Of a DNA stretch of 44,186 bases, positions 19,294 through 35,368 are shown piece after piece (positions within the stretch are counted from its first letter, which is position 1; every line of letters starts with the position of its first letter). The stretch spans positions 1 to 44,186 of the forward strand of contig CAXHJY010001023.1 in the NCBI GenBank assembly GCA_964016885.1. The letters run 5' to 3'. The translations under genes were made by a program, and so were the position numbers. This DNA comes from Eledone cirrhosa. Lineage: Eukaryota. The notes below the pieces were generated by a model, which saw only the letters and a program-made list of their open reading frames with translations, was not told the origin of the DNA and did not search any database.

Positions 19294-19423
19294 CATCTAT
19301 ATTAAATCTGTTATACTCTGCAATGTATTGAGTACCTTACTTACTGTGGTTACCTCCGATTCAACCCGGAATAACGTACCTTTTAGCATTTTATGTGCCC
19401 CTTATAACCATCATCAATAAACC

Positions 19424-21522
19424 ATGCTGACCAAACTCTACCTTGATATTTCCATGAAGAACATCCCTATCCCTCCAAGGAAACTATACCTAAAAACACT
19501 CATCAGACGTACCGACGAGTTCATCACGCGAATTAGATGGACGGCCTTCTTCCTCGACATCCCTGATGTAGCATCTACCAATGATGAGAAGTTCGGCTTC
19601 AAAACGAATAAGAAACCACCCACCAACAGCCTACTCCAACCATTTGAAGAAGACCTCTTCAAGATGATCAAAGATATTAAATTCCGTAGAGCCACCACAC
19701 CATTCCATGCCTACTTAAATGCCGAATTGCGGAATATAAAAAAATCCCCTAATCTTTATGTCTCCTCCGATAAAACCAAAAACGTTTATGAGGTAGACCC
19801 ACAGACCTACAATAAGCTGGCAAAAAATGCCATCACGACCACCTACAAAAAGGTAATAGAGATGGCACTGACTGAGACAAACGCGGCCGGAAAAGAAATC
19901 GCCAAGTCCCTTAAATTGCACGACCGAACTGAACCTTTAAGGGTAAAGACCCCGCACTTTACCCTGAAGGACCATAAGGGAAACTTCCTCAACAAACCAT
20001 CAGTCAGACTTATCAACCCCACTCGTTTTGACATCGGCTCTATCAGTAAGAAGATCCTGGATAGAGTTCTACCATCATTGCGGGCTGCCTCACCACTTCC
20101 ACTCTGGAACAGAACATCTGAGGCAATATCATGATTCCAAGAATTACCCGACAAATACCACACTTGCTTCCTGCAACTCGACATAGAAAACTACTATGCC
20201 TCTATCTCGGAGCCCCTCCTGAAGAACGCAATTAACTTTGCCAGGAATTTTACCACCATTACCGATGCTGAGCAAGTTGTTATCCTCCACGCTCGTAAGA
20301 CCTTTCTATACCACGATGGATCTTACTGGATCAACAAGAAATCTCAGACCCCATTTGACGTTAGCTTGGGAGCGAGTGACTCGGCTGAAATTAGAGACCT
20401 TGTGGCCTTGTACATCCTACATCACCTGAAGAACCTCTTTACCGGCCTAACCGGAGGTTTATACTGAGATGACGGCCTCTTTGCCCTGCATAAGTTTAAC
20501 CCCAGAACCACCGATGGGTTTCGGAAAAACTTAAGCTCATTCTTCTCTAATCTAGGATTTAGTTTAACTATAGAATCTAATTTGACTAGGGCCAACTTCT
20601 TAGATGTCACTCTCGACCTAGATACTTCCCTCTATTACCCGTACCACAAACCTAACGAGTCCCTTAGATATATTAATGTTAATACAAACCACCCCTAAAA
20701 CATCACTGATAACCTAGTAAAAAGCGTCTCTATTAGAATATCTGGCCTCTCCGCCAACAAAGATATTTTTAACGCATCTGCCTCCTACTACAATGACGCC
20801 CTCGCCCGCAGCGGATTTAAAGAAAAGATAACATACCTAGAGACCACAGCAAGATTGCAGAGGAGGAATAGACATAGGCAGATTAGCTGGTACAACCCTC
20901 CCTTCAATAGAGAGGTCTCTACACCGAAAGCTAGAATTTTCTTCACTTTGCTGAAATTACACTTCCCCATACAACATAGGTACCACACCATCTTTAATAA
21001 GAACACAATAAGACTCTCCTAATCCACCACACCTAACCTAGCTAGGAATATAGCCAATCACAATTCTAAAAAATTAAATAAGCCAACCACCTCCGAACCC
21101 AATCCCCAGACTGGGGCTCTGTGTAATTGCCTAAATAAGGAAGCATGCCCACTTGAAAACAAATGCCTCACAAATGATATCGTATACAAATGCGATGTCA
21201 TCTCAGGCACCGATGATTGCAAAAAAACTTACATCAGCATGACCTCAAACAACTTTAAGACCCGTTGATATGCGCATACCCACTCCTTCAGAAGACCGGA
21301 CAAATCAAACCAGACAACACTCGCCTCCTATGTTTGGGACATCAAAAGGAACTCCACCCCTTCACGCTTAAATGGAAAATACTCCAGAAAGCGCGCTCTT
21401 ACAACGGAGGACACAAGGGCTGCGACCTTTGTATCTCAGAGAGCTACGAAATTTTATTCGTCAAGGGCACGCTACTGCCCGAACTGCATGCACAAGAACT
21501 TTGCAACTTTCAAACACTTTAA
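19424..21522 (+). pseudogene. PLE ORF (RT + C-terminal GIY-YIG) with several premature stops
   Basis: KNIPIP N-terminus, DKTKNVY, KPSVRLINP, QLDIENYY, GLY*DD, NFLDVTLDL, WYNPPF, CNC..CPL..KC...IVYKC, CDLCISE. Stops near 20132, 20465, 20696, 21019 and 21266. Confidence 0.9.
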
Positions 21523-21770
21523 GCCAGTGTTAAAGCCCGATGGTTAAAACGACCTCCTCCTATTGGCCGCTATACCTCCTTCCCACCCTACACCCACCCA
21601 CCCCTCCACAACCTGACATACGGCCACTATGGTTATGTGAGTACCTCTTACCTATCTGCATTTTCTGCCTGTAGAGGTGTTTTTATGTGCCTGTGTATAT
21701 GCGTATATTTATTGAGTACTTATTTATTTGTATGTGTATATATTTGTGTGTATGTGTGTATATGTATGTA

Positions 21771-23921
<2,151 letters not shown>

Positions 23922-24023
23922 GAAAATATTCTGTATGTTTATAATAAACATTTTGAAGACCTAATCGCTATAGAATAGAATACGTCACGTATTACAATTA
24001 GATTCTCGATAAAAGCAAGGGAA

Positions 24024-25306
24024 GTAATCTACGCGTTTCATTCTCGTTAGAAATCATCAGGACTACATATCCAGTGCTTTTATCGAGAATGACACAGCTA
24101 GAGACTTATAGAATACTTAGCTGTGTACAGGAACTGGTTTGAAAGAGCGGTTGCCGGTCCGGCAGAAATTAGAAATTGGAATAAATGCTCTGAAATAGCG
24201 ATATATATGTGAATATAGACATAGAATATTCGAAAATATTCTGTATGTTTATAATAAACATTTTGAAGACCTAATCGCTATAGAATAGAATACGTCACGT
24301 ATTACAATTAGATTCTCGATAAAAGCAAGGGAAGTAATCTACGCGTTTCATTCTCGTTAGAAATCATCAGGACTACATATCCAGTGCTTTTATCGAGAAT
24401 GACACAGCTAGAGACTTATAGAATACTTAGCTGTGTACAGGAACTGGTTTGAAAGAGCGGTTGCCGGTCCGGCAGAAATTAGAAATTGGAATAAATGCTC
24501 TGAAATAGCGATATATATGTGAATATAGACATAGAATATTCGAAAATATTCTGTATGTTTATAATAAACATTTTGAAGACCTAATCGCTATAGAATAGAA
24601 TACGTCACGTATTACAATTAGATTCTCGATAAAAGCAAGGGAAGTAATCTACGCGTTTCATTCTCGTTAGAAATCATCAGGACTACATATCCAGTGCTTT
24701 TATCGAGAATGACACAGCTAGAGACTTATAGAATACTTAGCTGTGTACAGGAACTGGTTTGAAAGAGCGGTTGCCGGTCCGGCAGAAATTAGAAATTGGA
24801 ATAAATGCTCTGAAATAGCGATATATATGTGAATATAGACATAGAATATTCGAAAATATTCTGTATGTTTATAATAAACATTTTGAAGACCTAATCGCTA
24901 TAGAATAGAATACGTCACGTATTACAATTAGATTCTCGATAAAAGCAAGGGAAGTAATCTACGCGTTTCATTCTCGTTAGAAATCATCAGGACTACATAT
25001 CCAGTGCTTTTATCGAGAATGACACAGCTAGAGACTTATAGAATACTTAGCTGTGTACAGGAACTGGTTTGAAAGAGCGGTTGCCGGTCCGGCAGAAATT
25101 AGAAATTGGAATAAATGCTCTGAAATAGCGATATATATGTGAATATAGACATAGAATATTCGAAAATATTCTGTATGTTTATAATAAACATTTTGAAGAC
25201 CTAATCGCTATAGAATAGAATACGTCACGTATTACAATTAGATTCTCGATAAAAGCAAGGGAAGTAATCTACGCGTTTCATTCTCGTTAGAAATCATCAG
25301 GACTAC
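24024..25306 (-). ncRNA. Five identical minimal type I hammerheads (24024-24066, 24334-24376, 24644-24686, 24954-24996, 25264-25306)
   Basis: Minus strand reads gtagtc-CTGATGA-t-ttct-aacg-agaa-t-GAAA-CGCG-TA-gattac. Confidence 0.9.
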
Positions 25307-25464
25307 ATATGTCTATATTCACATATATATCGCTATTTCAGAGCATTTATTCCAATTTCTAATTTCTGCCGGACCGGCAACCGCTCTTTCAAACCAGTTC
25401 CTGTACACAGCTAAGTATTCTATAAGTCTCTAGCTGTGTCATTCTCGATAAAAGCACTGGATAT

Positions 25465-25817
25465 GTAGTCCTGATGATTTCTAACGAGAATGAAACGCGT
25501 AGATTACTTCCCTTGCTTTTATCGAGAATCTAATTGTAATACGTGACGTATTCTATTCTATAGCGATTAGGTCTTCAAAATGTTTATTATAAACATACAG
25601 AATATTTTCGAATATTCTATGTCTATATTCACATATATATCGCTATTTCAGAGCATTTATTCCAATTTCTAATTTCTGCCGGACCGGCAACCGCTCTTTC
25701 AAACCAGTTCCTGTACACAGCTAAGTATTCTATAAGTCTCTAGCTGTGTCATTCTCGATAAAAGCACTGGATATGTAGTCCTGATGATTTCTAACGAGAA
25801 TGAAACGCGTAGATTAC
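25465..25817 (+). ncRNA. Two identical minimal type I hammerheads (25465-25507, 25775-25817)
   Basis: gtagtc-CTGATGA-tttctaacgagaat-GAAA-CGCG-TA-gattac, with palindromic stem III ACGCGT. Confidence 0.9.
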
Positions 25818-25974
25818 TTCCCTTGCTTTTATCGAGAATCTAATTGTAATACGTGACGTATTCTATTCTATAGCGATTAGGTCTTCAAAATGTTTATTAT
25901 AAACATACAGAATATTTTCGAATATTCTATGTCTATATTCACATATATATCGCTATTTCAGAGCATTTATTCCA

Positions 25975-26642
<668 letters not shown>

Positions 26643-26899
26643 GGCTTTGTGCAGTGCCTTTGCTCACTATAAAAGCTTCACGGCACAGGCATTGCTTTAT
26701 ATCTGGAGATCTCTCTGCACTTGTCATCACATGGGCCCAGCACTATGTGTCAATAATTGTCACAAGTGTAGTGTTTGTACCAGAATTTTCAAGTCGCTGG
26801 TTGGACTAAAAAGTCACACTTGTTCAGCGCATCGGTAGGAGTTCTCCTACATGGATATAAAGTAGTGGCCGTACTCGAAAACGAGTTGGCAGCCACCAT
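26643..26899 (+). mobile_element. RTE LINE 3'-terminal fragment
   Basis: [22 protein letters not shown] zinc finger. The 3' motif tggccgtactcgaaaacgagttggcagcca is homologous to 16997-17026. Confidence 0.75.
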
Positions 26900-27027
26900 A
26901 TATATATATATATGTGTGTGTGTGTATATATGTGCATGTATGTGTATATATGTATATATATATATATTTATATATATATTATGAAATTAAACCAAAGAAG
27001 CCTTCAATACATCAAAAGTCTTTATTA

Positions 27028-27065
27028 GCCAACAATGTTTCGTCCTATTAAGGACTCATCAGGGC
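27028..27065 (-). ncRNA. Minimal type I hammerhead (inverted copy)
   Basis: Minus strand reads gcc-CTGATGA-gtcc-ttaata-ggac-GAAA-CATTG-TT-ggc. Confidence 0.87.
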
Positions 27066-28842
27066 AAGTAAAGTTATAAGAAGCACTATCGGCCAATACA
27101 AGCCAAAAACTCAGAAGAATATGGAGTATACATACATTAAAACATAGGAAAATTATCAAGTAAAGATTATCAAGTAAAAATTGCTATTCTACTTCTTTAG
27201 CACACCATATCTGGGATCTTAAGGGGGCTAATATACCATATAGCCTTAATTGGCGAATAGTAGCACGCTCTAATAACCTATCAACGCACACTAAATTCTG
27301 TAATCTCTGTATCCTTGAGACCCACTCTATAATTTTCTCTAGGGAACCCTTACTTAATAGAAAGTCTGAGATATTCTCTTCCTGCCCCCACGCCATTTCT
27401 AATTCTTACTTTTATTATAAACCTAAAAGTTCTGGTAGTGTAAATTGTATCCATTATCTGCTATATTCCCTTATCTTTTTTGTTTAGGTTCATTTTGTTT
27501 ACCACCATCATTATCATTATTATTATTGGTTTTTAACAGCTTTTCGATCTAGCTTTAATAGTCTTTTGGCTACCATACCATATCTATCTTCTTAAATATT
27601 ATATTTCCACTATTAACACCTTATGAGTTTATATCTGATTATATATTTTATTTTATTTTATTTTATTTTATATTATTTTATTTTATTTTATTTGTATTCT
27701 CATTTAGATAATTAACCCCCCCCCCACACACTTGTCATTCGCCCCTTCAATTATACTATAATTATATTTAATTCCCTTGTATGCTCCTTTCTATTGTATA
27801 ATACAGTATATTGATTATGATTTTATGCTCCTTCGTATCCTCCATACCTTTCTTTTTTCTGTCCCCATTGGCCTACCATAGTTCTATTTAAAGTCCGTTT
27901 ATTAGATAACGTTATTCAACTGATAGTAGAATATTTCATTCTATTCTGGATATTTTTATTGAGATATCTTAAACATTGGAGATTTTGATTACTTAAACCA
28001 TAGCTAATTTTGTATTGACTTATTATGTATTTTAAATACTTTCAATAATAATTAATTTAATAGGGTTTTCTAGTCATTTATCCGGGTTTGATTCCTAATT
28101 TTTTTACTTAACTGCTTGTGACACCTAAGTAAATATATTTGTTTTTGTTTTTCGATTTCCGGTTGATTTTATTTATATTTTTTTTACTACCGTGCGTAGT
28201 TTCTGTCTGGTTCTTACTCACTTATTCACATATGTCTGTCTACCAACCATGTAATTATGTATATTATACTATGTTTATTATTTGATATTGAAGTTGTTAT
28301 ATCATATCACTCAATGTAATTGTACTATAGATGTTAAATATTTACCGATTATTCGATGTACCCTTATGTTAAATTTTGTAAATTCTGTAATATGTTTATA
28401 TTTTTATAATTTGTGTAATGTTTAGATAATATTTATTTATACCAATTGTATAAAAACTTGACCTCCGTCTGTTTTCTTACAACGGTATAGATATTTTTCC
28501 AGCACAATTTTTTCAACACAATTTAGTTCTGTATGATATTTTTTTCTCACCTTGTGTGTAACTTTATATGATTTGTTAAGTTATATGCCAATGTATTATA
28601 ATATTGTTATTATAGTGTTATTGTAATATTTATATTGTTTGTGCAAATTGACCGGAGATTATAAATTATATAATTATATAGTATATTATATATTATATGT
28701 TTACTTTTACTCATTTCTTTATCATTTTATACTGTAAATAATATATGTATTATATTTTTATTTTTATTCATATTTAAACTCTTAATAAGTTTTAGTTTGT
28801 ATTGATGGATATGTGTATTGATATATATATATATGTGTGTAC

Positions 28843-28882
<40 letters not shown>

Positions 28883-29180
28883 TGGGCCTTTTAATATTAT
28901 TATTACTATCATTATTAATTATATTATATTATATTATATTATATTATATTATATTACATATAGTACTGTAATTCTCGCTTTATATCACCACTTGTGTTTA
29001 GTTTTAGTTTTTGCATTGTACTATATTTGTAATATGGTTCAAAATGTTATTCACTTCCTTAGCAATTTTTACTTGATAATCTTTACTTGATAATTTTCCT
29101 ATGCTTTAATGTATGTACACTCCATATTCTTCTGAGTTTTTGGCTTGTATTGGCCGATAGTGCTTCTTATAACTTTATTT

Positions 29181-29218
29181 GCCCTGATGAGTCCGTAATA
29201 GGACGAAACATTGTTGGC
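29181..29218 (+). ncRNA. Minimal type I hammerhead (GUU site)
   Basis: gcc-CTGATGA-gtcc-gtaata-ggac-GAAA-CATTG-TT-ggc followed by AATAAA. Confidence 0.88.
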
Positions 29219-29365
29219 TAATAAATACTTTTGATGTATTGAAGGCTTCTTTGGTTTATTTTCATAATTCTTCGGCTCTGTATAATTACATTGAGCTATA
29301 CCTTTACTGTCATTTCTATAATATGAAGAGGGTGTTTAACTCCAACACACTCTAGTATTTTAATT

Positions 29366-29418
<53 letters not shown>

Positions 29419-29432
29419 ATATATATATATAT

Positions 29433-29492
<60 letters not shown>

Positions 29493-29511
29493 GTGTATGT
29501 GTGTATGTATA

Positions 29512-29544
<33 letters not shown>

Positions 29545-29553
29545 GTTTGTATA

Positions 29554-29601
<48 letters not shown>

Positions 29602-32555
29602 TACTATTTTACTCTTTTACTCTTTTACCTGTTTCAGCCATCCGGCTGAGGCCATGCTGGGGCACCACCCTTGTTGCTACACATTTTATCTCCAGTCTGT
29701 ATAGGTTGGCCACTGGTGTAAGAGGGAGTTTGTTGCTGCTGCCCTTAGGTTTCCCTCGTGTCTTGCTGTGGGCTCATCCGGGATCCTTGATAACAAGGTG
29801 TCGAGATGTTTCTTAAAGACATCCACCTCCACGTCATGTAAGTCTCTCAGATGCCTCGGCAGCCTGTTGAAGTGATGAGGGCCCTTGAATCCAAGGCTAT
29901 TGCAATACCTGCTCCTTATTCTAGATGTGGAAAACGGGACCTTTGGCACCACACAGTGACGTCCTGTTCGACGGTTGGTCCAGCTCCCAATGCCAAAGTT
30001 TGGTGCTAGTCCCTCCAGGATTTTCCACATGTAGATCACTGCGTATCTCTCCCGTCTTCGCTCCAAGGAGTAGAGGTTCAGTTCCTTCAGCCTCTCCCAG
30101 TAGCTTGTCTCCCTCATCTTGGCAATCCTCTTGGTGTAGCTTCGCTGGATTGCCTCAAGCTCCGTGGTTAGTTTGACACTATGGGGTGACCACAACTGGG
30201 AGCACTAGTCCAGGCGGTTTAGGACAAAAGTCCTCCACAGTGTCAACATGGTGTCTCGATATCTTGTCCGCAAAGTCCTCAAGATCCAACCAGCGAGTTG
30301 TCTGCACATTGTCGCCACGTTCATGATGTGTGAAGAAAAAGATGCATCTACGCTCATGTCTATGCCCAGGTCTCGTATCGATTTTGACACGGGGATATCG
30401 GTCCCTCCTGGTCCTGTGTTCCACTATATTTGTGTGTGCAGGTTTGTATTGTAGGGCTTGGAATTTGCCAGCATTAAACTGCATGTTGTTTTCTTCCGCC
30501 CATCTGTATATGGCATCCAGATCCTGCTGTAAAAGGGCAGCGTCAGCCGGGTTTTTGATTGCCTGTGCTACCTTAGTGTCATCAGCATAGCTAGTGAGGC
30601 ATGTTGTTGCATGCACCACAGAGGGCATGTCCGAGAGAGCCACCAAAAACAGTAGCGGTCCCAGGACTGTCCCATGGGGCACCCCACTTGTTATCGGTGT
30701 TTCTCTCGCGAGGGCCCCATTTGCTGCGACTGCCTGGCTTCTGTCCCCTAGGAAGCCATGCAGCCACTCACCTACTTTTCCAGTTATGCCGAGTCCGTGT
30801 AGTTTGTGACATATCATTCCGTGGTCGACCTTGTCAAAGGCCTTCGCAAAGTCAAGATATATCACGTCCACATGTGAGCTGTCTAGTAGTTGTCTCAGTA
30901 CCCAATCGTAGTGATGTAGCAGCTGTGTAAGGCAGCTTCTTCCTGGGCGGAATCCATGTTGCGTGCTAGTCAGGCGGTCATTTTTTTCGAGGAAAGTGAT
31001 TAGTTTCTTTCTGACGACTCGCTCCATGACCTTACTGAGATGCGACGTCAGGGAGACTGGCCTATAGTTCTTGGCCTCCGCTCTACTACCTCCTTTATGG
31101 ATAGGGCATATTGTGCCTTCTTTCAGCTCCCCGGGTAGTACACCGCTAGCAAAGGAGCTTCTGAAGAGCACCTTCAGTGGAGTTGCTAAGGCCCGCTTAC
31201 ATATTTTTAAGAGAACTGCTGGGAATCCATCAGGTCCAGCAGCCGAGTCTGTTCTAATTTCATCAATGGCGTACACCACATCCTCCTCCGTTATGTCTAT
31301 GTGGTTGATGGTTGCCATTTCTTGATGTAGTGTTGTGGCATCAAAGAACTCCTCTGGCTTCGTTATTTGCATGTGCCTCAGTGGACATGTGAAGACACTT
31401 TTGTACTGTTCGTTCAGTATTTCACATATCTCTTAGGCGGTTTTCGGTTAATGAACCGTCCGTGTGGAAGAGTGGCCCAATCTTGCAGTGTACTGAGGCA
31501 GTTTCTTTTGCAAATTTAAAGAAGGCCTTAGGGTTTGTTTTAATGTTTTCTATGGCCCTGTTCTCTTTCTTTGCCCTCTCGTTCTCATGTGAAAGTTTGA
31601 GTGCAATCTCGGTGTCAAGTAGTGCACGTTTCAAATAGGATTCCTTCTTGTTTTTGTTTTGTTGACTATTCAACTGGTTTGAGAGTTTAGTTCTACGTCT
31701 CATAAGGATTTTCCTATCTCTGGGAATAAGATTTTTGTGTCTGTTTGCCTCTTTCTCCGGGACACACTTTTTGCATATAGTGTGTATCGTTGTCATGAAG
31801 TGTTGAAATTGTGTGTTAGTGTCTTGTGTGGCGGCGTTTTTACTCCATGTTTGCTTCCGGATTTCACTCTTAATCTTTTTCCAGTTAGCCTTGTAGAAGT
31901 TAAGGCTGGATAGCGTCCCGGAGCTTCTTGGTGGTTTTGTCTCTATTGGTTCTCTTGGACCACATATCATTAGCTCTGCTAAGTTATGATCCGAGAGAAT
32001 TGTTGGTGTCAGCTTTACATTGTGGATGAGCACTTCGTTGTTTGTAAAACAGAGGTCCAGGACATTTTCGCCTCTTGTTGGGCGAAAACCAACCAAAGGC
32101 CATTTGACCTTTGGTTGGTTGAAGTCTCCCAGCAGTAGGATGTTGAGACCCTGGTCCAGTTTTTCAAGGACCTCTTCTATCCTACTTAGGCTATCCTCAA
32201 ATTTACCCTCATGACTGGGAGCATCGGGCGGCCGATACGTGACACATATCACTGTCTGTAGTTACTTCATATGTATTATCAGTGTGTCACAGACTGAGTT
32301 TGAATGTGTCAACAGTACAATTGGTGTGACATCTTCACGGATATACAGAGAAAACCCACCATGAGTTCTCTCCTTCCTGTCCGAACGAAATACAGTATAT
32401 TTCGGTATATGTATTTCTGCATCTGCTATACTGCTTGTCAGGTGCGTTTCGGTTAGTGCCATGCATAGTGCTTGATTGCTTATGGCTAAGTCTCCCAGGT
32501 AGGAAATTTTACTCATGTTACTGAGTTTCACCAGGCCCCTGACATTCAGCATTAT
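29602..32555 (-). mobile_element. CR1-group LINE ORF2 (APE endonuclease + RT), decayed, with 3' tail (GTAAAAGA)n
   Basis: APE motifs LNVRGL, LTETHL, RSDR, YRPP, GDFN, PTRGENVLDL, SDHN. RT motifs NYRPVSLTS, QHGF, YLDFAKAFDKVDH, SGVPHGTVLGP, YADD. C-terminus YWERLKELNLYSLERRR. Stops, frameshifts and an apparent internal deletion in APE. Confidence 0.9.
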
Positions 32556-34020
32556 ATTATTTATAAGTGTACCATTAAATCCGGAGGCAACGAGTGGTAT
32601 TACGTGGGATCAACGGCAACATCGTTTAAATCTCGATTATATAGGCATTCTTACTCAATAAAACACCAGAGCCAAAGAAATGTAACAACTTTAGCAGAAA
32701 AAGCTTGGACGCTCAGGGATAGCGATCAAAAGTTTACCCTAAAATGGGAGAAATTAGCTAAAACCCAAAGCTTTTCCAGGAGCCAAAATTTCTGCAAATT
32801 GTGTAATCTTGAGATCTTTTACATAATCACACACAAGAAGAAATTGCTGAATAACAGAATTGAACGAACATTATTCTGCCGTCACCGAACTAAAACTCTT
32901 TTTTCTCACTACAAGCTGAATATTACATAAAAGATGGACATCCCGCCAACTATATAAACCTCAATCTAGTTAAAAAAATATAAAATAATCTCTTCTCAAC
33001 ATATATATGTATATTAATAACCTCAAATTACCACACTAATAATGGAAAGATATGCTGATGAGAATAGGTGCAAAAATGCGATAATGAATGTGTCTAAAAG
33101 CGACCATAAGTATGTATATATATGTGAAAATGTATATAAATAAGTAAATATATATATATGTTTGATGTGTATAGTTAGATGTAAGTGCATTCATGTATTA
33201 AAGTGTTTATATATATATATATATACACATAGACTGGAGTATGTGTGTATATATGTGTGTGTCTATACGTGTGTATATAAAGATAAGTTGAGTATGAAAA
33301 TGTATACACATGAACGCGTATGTATGTACATGTATATATGTGTATATATATATCTATGCATGTGTATATGTATGTAAGTATGAGCATGTAAGTATGTGTA
33401 TGTGAGTATATGTATTTTGTAGAGGTGTGCAAATATATTTGTGTGTGAATGCGTGGGTGAAAGGATACGTACACTTGAAAGAAAAATTTAAGTCTGAATG
33501 TTAATTAAGTGCAAACACAACACCAACCACGCATATCTATACTATCTCTAATCCTTCTATAGATTTAGAAAAATAACCAATAATATAGTCTATAAAAATG
33601 TCAAAACAACAGATGGGAATCTAATTACTCACTGCCACCAAAAATTCTCACTGCTATCAAAAAACCACTCCCTCAACTATTCTTCTAACAACTTCACCCC
33701 TTCCTCCTAATATTCTCTATAAAAACCAAACAGGTCCTCAGTAAAATTATTCCGATGAAATGACAGTTGATAATAACATTGAAATATTGAATGTCTGCAT
33801 AACTAATACTTTGTAGATAGCAGCTGTTTTCAGGTTATGTAACTGTTATAGAAACACGTGTCAATAAATTCCTTTTAACTAAACTGTATCCATTAAAATC
33901 CTTCTATTTTTCTCCGGATTACTTTTGGAACTACAACTGGAACCGTCGAGCAAACTCTACGTGAGCTGTCCATCTACTGTGTGTAATATTTATATTACAA
34001 CACTACGGAAAATACTGTAT
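32554..34020 (+). mobile_element. PLE 3' fragment (GIY-YIG end + pLTR), same family as 34142-40290
   Basis: IIYKCTIKSGGNEWYYVGSTATSFKSRL...FCKLCNLE. Near identical to 36670-37318 plus ~39480-40290. Confidence 0.9.
33747..33867 (+). ncRNA. Type I hammerhead with ~92-nt extended stem II (CCGATGA core in this copy)
   Basis: ttatt-CCGATGA-a-atgacagtt...aactgttat-a-GAAA-CACGTG-TC-aataa. Confidence 0.72.
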
Positions 34021-34180
34021 ATGTATATATATATGTATATATATGTATATATATATATATGTATATATATATGTGTATATATATATGTATATATATATAT
34101 GTATATATATATGTATATATATATATGTATATATATATATATAGAAAGATTTGAATGGATACAGTTTAGTTGAAAGGAAT

Positions 34181-34300
34181 TTATTGACACGTGTTTCTAT
34201 AACAGTTACAGAACCTAAAACAGCTGCTATCTACAAACTTTTAGTTATGCAGACATTCAATATTTCAATGTTATTATTTACTGTCATTTCATCAGAATAA
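34181..34300 (-). ncRNA. Extended-stem-II hammerhead (inverted copy, canonical CTGATGA)
   Basis: Reverse complement of 40018-40137 with few differences. Confidence 0.75.
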
Positions 34301-34862
34301 TATTACTGAGGACCTACTTAGTTTTTATAGAGAATATTAGGAGCGAGGGGTGAAGTTGTTAGAAGAATAGTTGAAGGAGTGGTTTTTCGATAGCAGTGAG
34401 AATTCTTGGTGGCAGTGAGTAATTAGATTCCCATCTGTTGTTTTGACATTTTTTATAGAATATATTATTGGTTATTTTTCTAAATCTATAGAAGGATTAG
34501 AGATAGAAAAGATATGCGTGGTTGGTTTTGTGTTTGCACTTAATTAACATTCAGACTTAAATTTTTCTTTCAAGTGTACGTATCCTTTCACCCACGCATT
34601 CACACACAAATATATTTGCACACCTCTACAAAATACATATACTCACAATTCACATATTCATACTTACATATATATACACATGCATACACATATATATACA
34701 CACATGTATTCATGTACATACATACGCGCTCATGTGTATACATTTTCATACTCAACTTATCTTTATATACACACGTATAGACACACACATATATACATAC
34801 ATACTCTAGTCCATGTGTACACACATACACATACATACACATCTATATACACATATATACAT

Positions 34863-34918
<56 letters not shown>

Positions 34919-35368
34919 ATATATATATATATAAGCACTTTAATACATGAATACACTTACATCTAACTATACACATCAAACATATATATATATATTTACT
35001 TATTTATATACATTTTCACATATATATACATACTTATGGACGTTTTTAGACACATTCATTATCGCATATTTGCACCTATTCTCATCAGCATATCTTTCCA
35101 TTATTAGTGTGGTAATTTAAGGTTATTAATATATGTTGAGAAGAGATTGTTTTTATATTTTTCTAACTAGATTAAGGTTTATATAGTTGGGGGATGTCCC
35201 TCTTTTATGTAATAGTCGGCTTGTAGTGGGAAAAAAGGGTTTTAGATCTGTGACGGCAGAATAATGTTCGTTCAATTCTGTTATTCAGCAGTTTCTTCTT
35301 GTGTGTGATTATGTAATAAATCTCAAGATTACACAATTTGCAAAAATTTTGGCTCCTGGAAAAGCTTT

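Larger units (their letters stand above)
14397..21770 (+). mobile_element. Near full-length Penelope-like element (tentatively Nematis-like): short inverted pLTR, interrupted 5' pLTR, ORF, start of 3' pLTR
   Basis: 14397-14475 is the inverse of 19227-19307. 14476-14600 is directly repeated at 21636-21760. The 5' pLTR is interrupted by an RTE and by the 17593-18620 element. Confidence 0.8.
26979..29368 (+). mobile_element. Strongly 5'-truncated PLE: 208-bp inverted pLTR piece + GIY-YIG C-terminus + long 3' UTR/pLTR
   Basis: 26979-27186 is the inverse of 29060-29267. The + frame from 27188 reads STSLAHHIWDLKGANIPYSLNWRIV...FCNLCILETHSIIF..EPLLNRKSEIFSSCPH. Confidence 0.87.

Noticed and set aside
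19424-21522. In-frame TGA codons as selenocysteine or programmed readthrough
   Set aside because: They replace expected Trp or Arg codons (e.g. Y*DD for YRDD) and TAA stops also occur, so this is ordinary decay.
26979-29267. DNA transposon or MITE with terminal inverted repeats (also 37364-39340)
   Set aside because: The inverted repeats contain HHRs and abut truncated GIY-YIG coding sequence, and the element continues past the right repeat. These are PLE inverted pLTRs.
33055-33095. CTGATGAG at ~33056 (also ~37164 and ~35082 on the minus strand) as a hammerhead
   Set aside because: I found no matching stem II, GAAA or stem III nearby. The family's HHR is at 33747.
35338-35368. ORF-track start MQKFWLLEKL for the 398-aa ORF
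   Set aside because: It is antisense GIY-YIG sequence from the inverted pLTR fused to a truncated RT.
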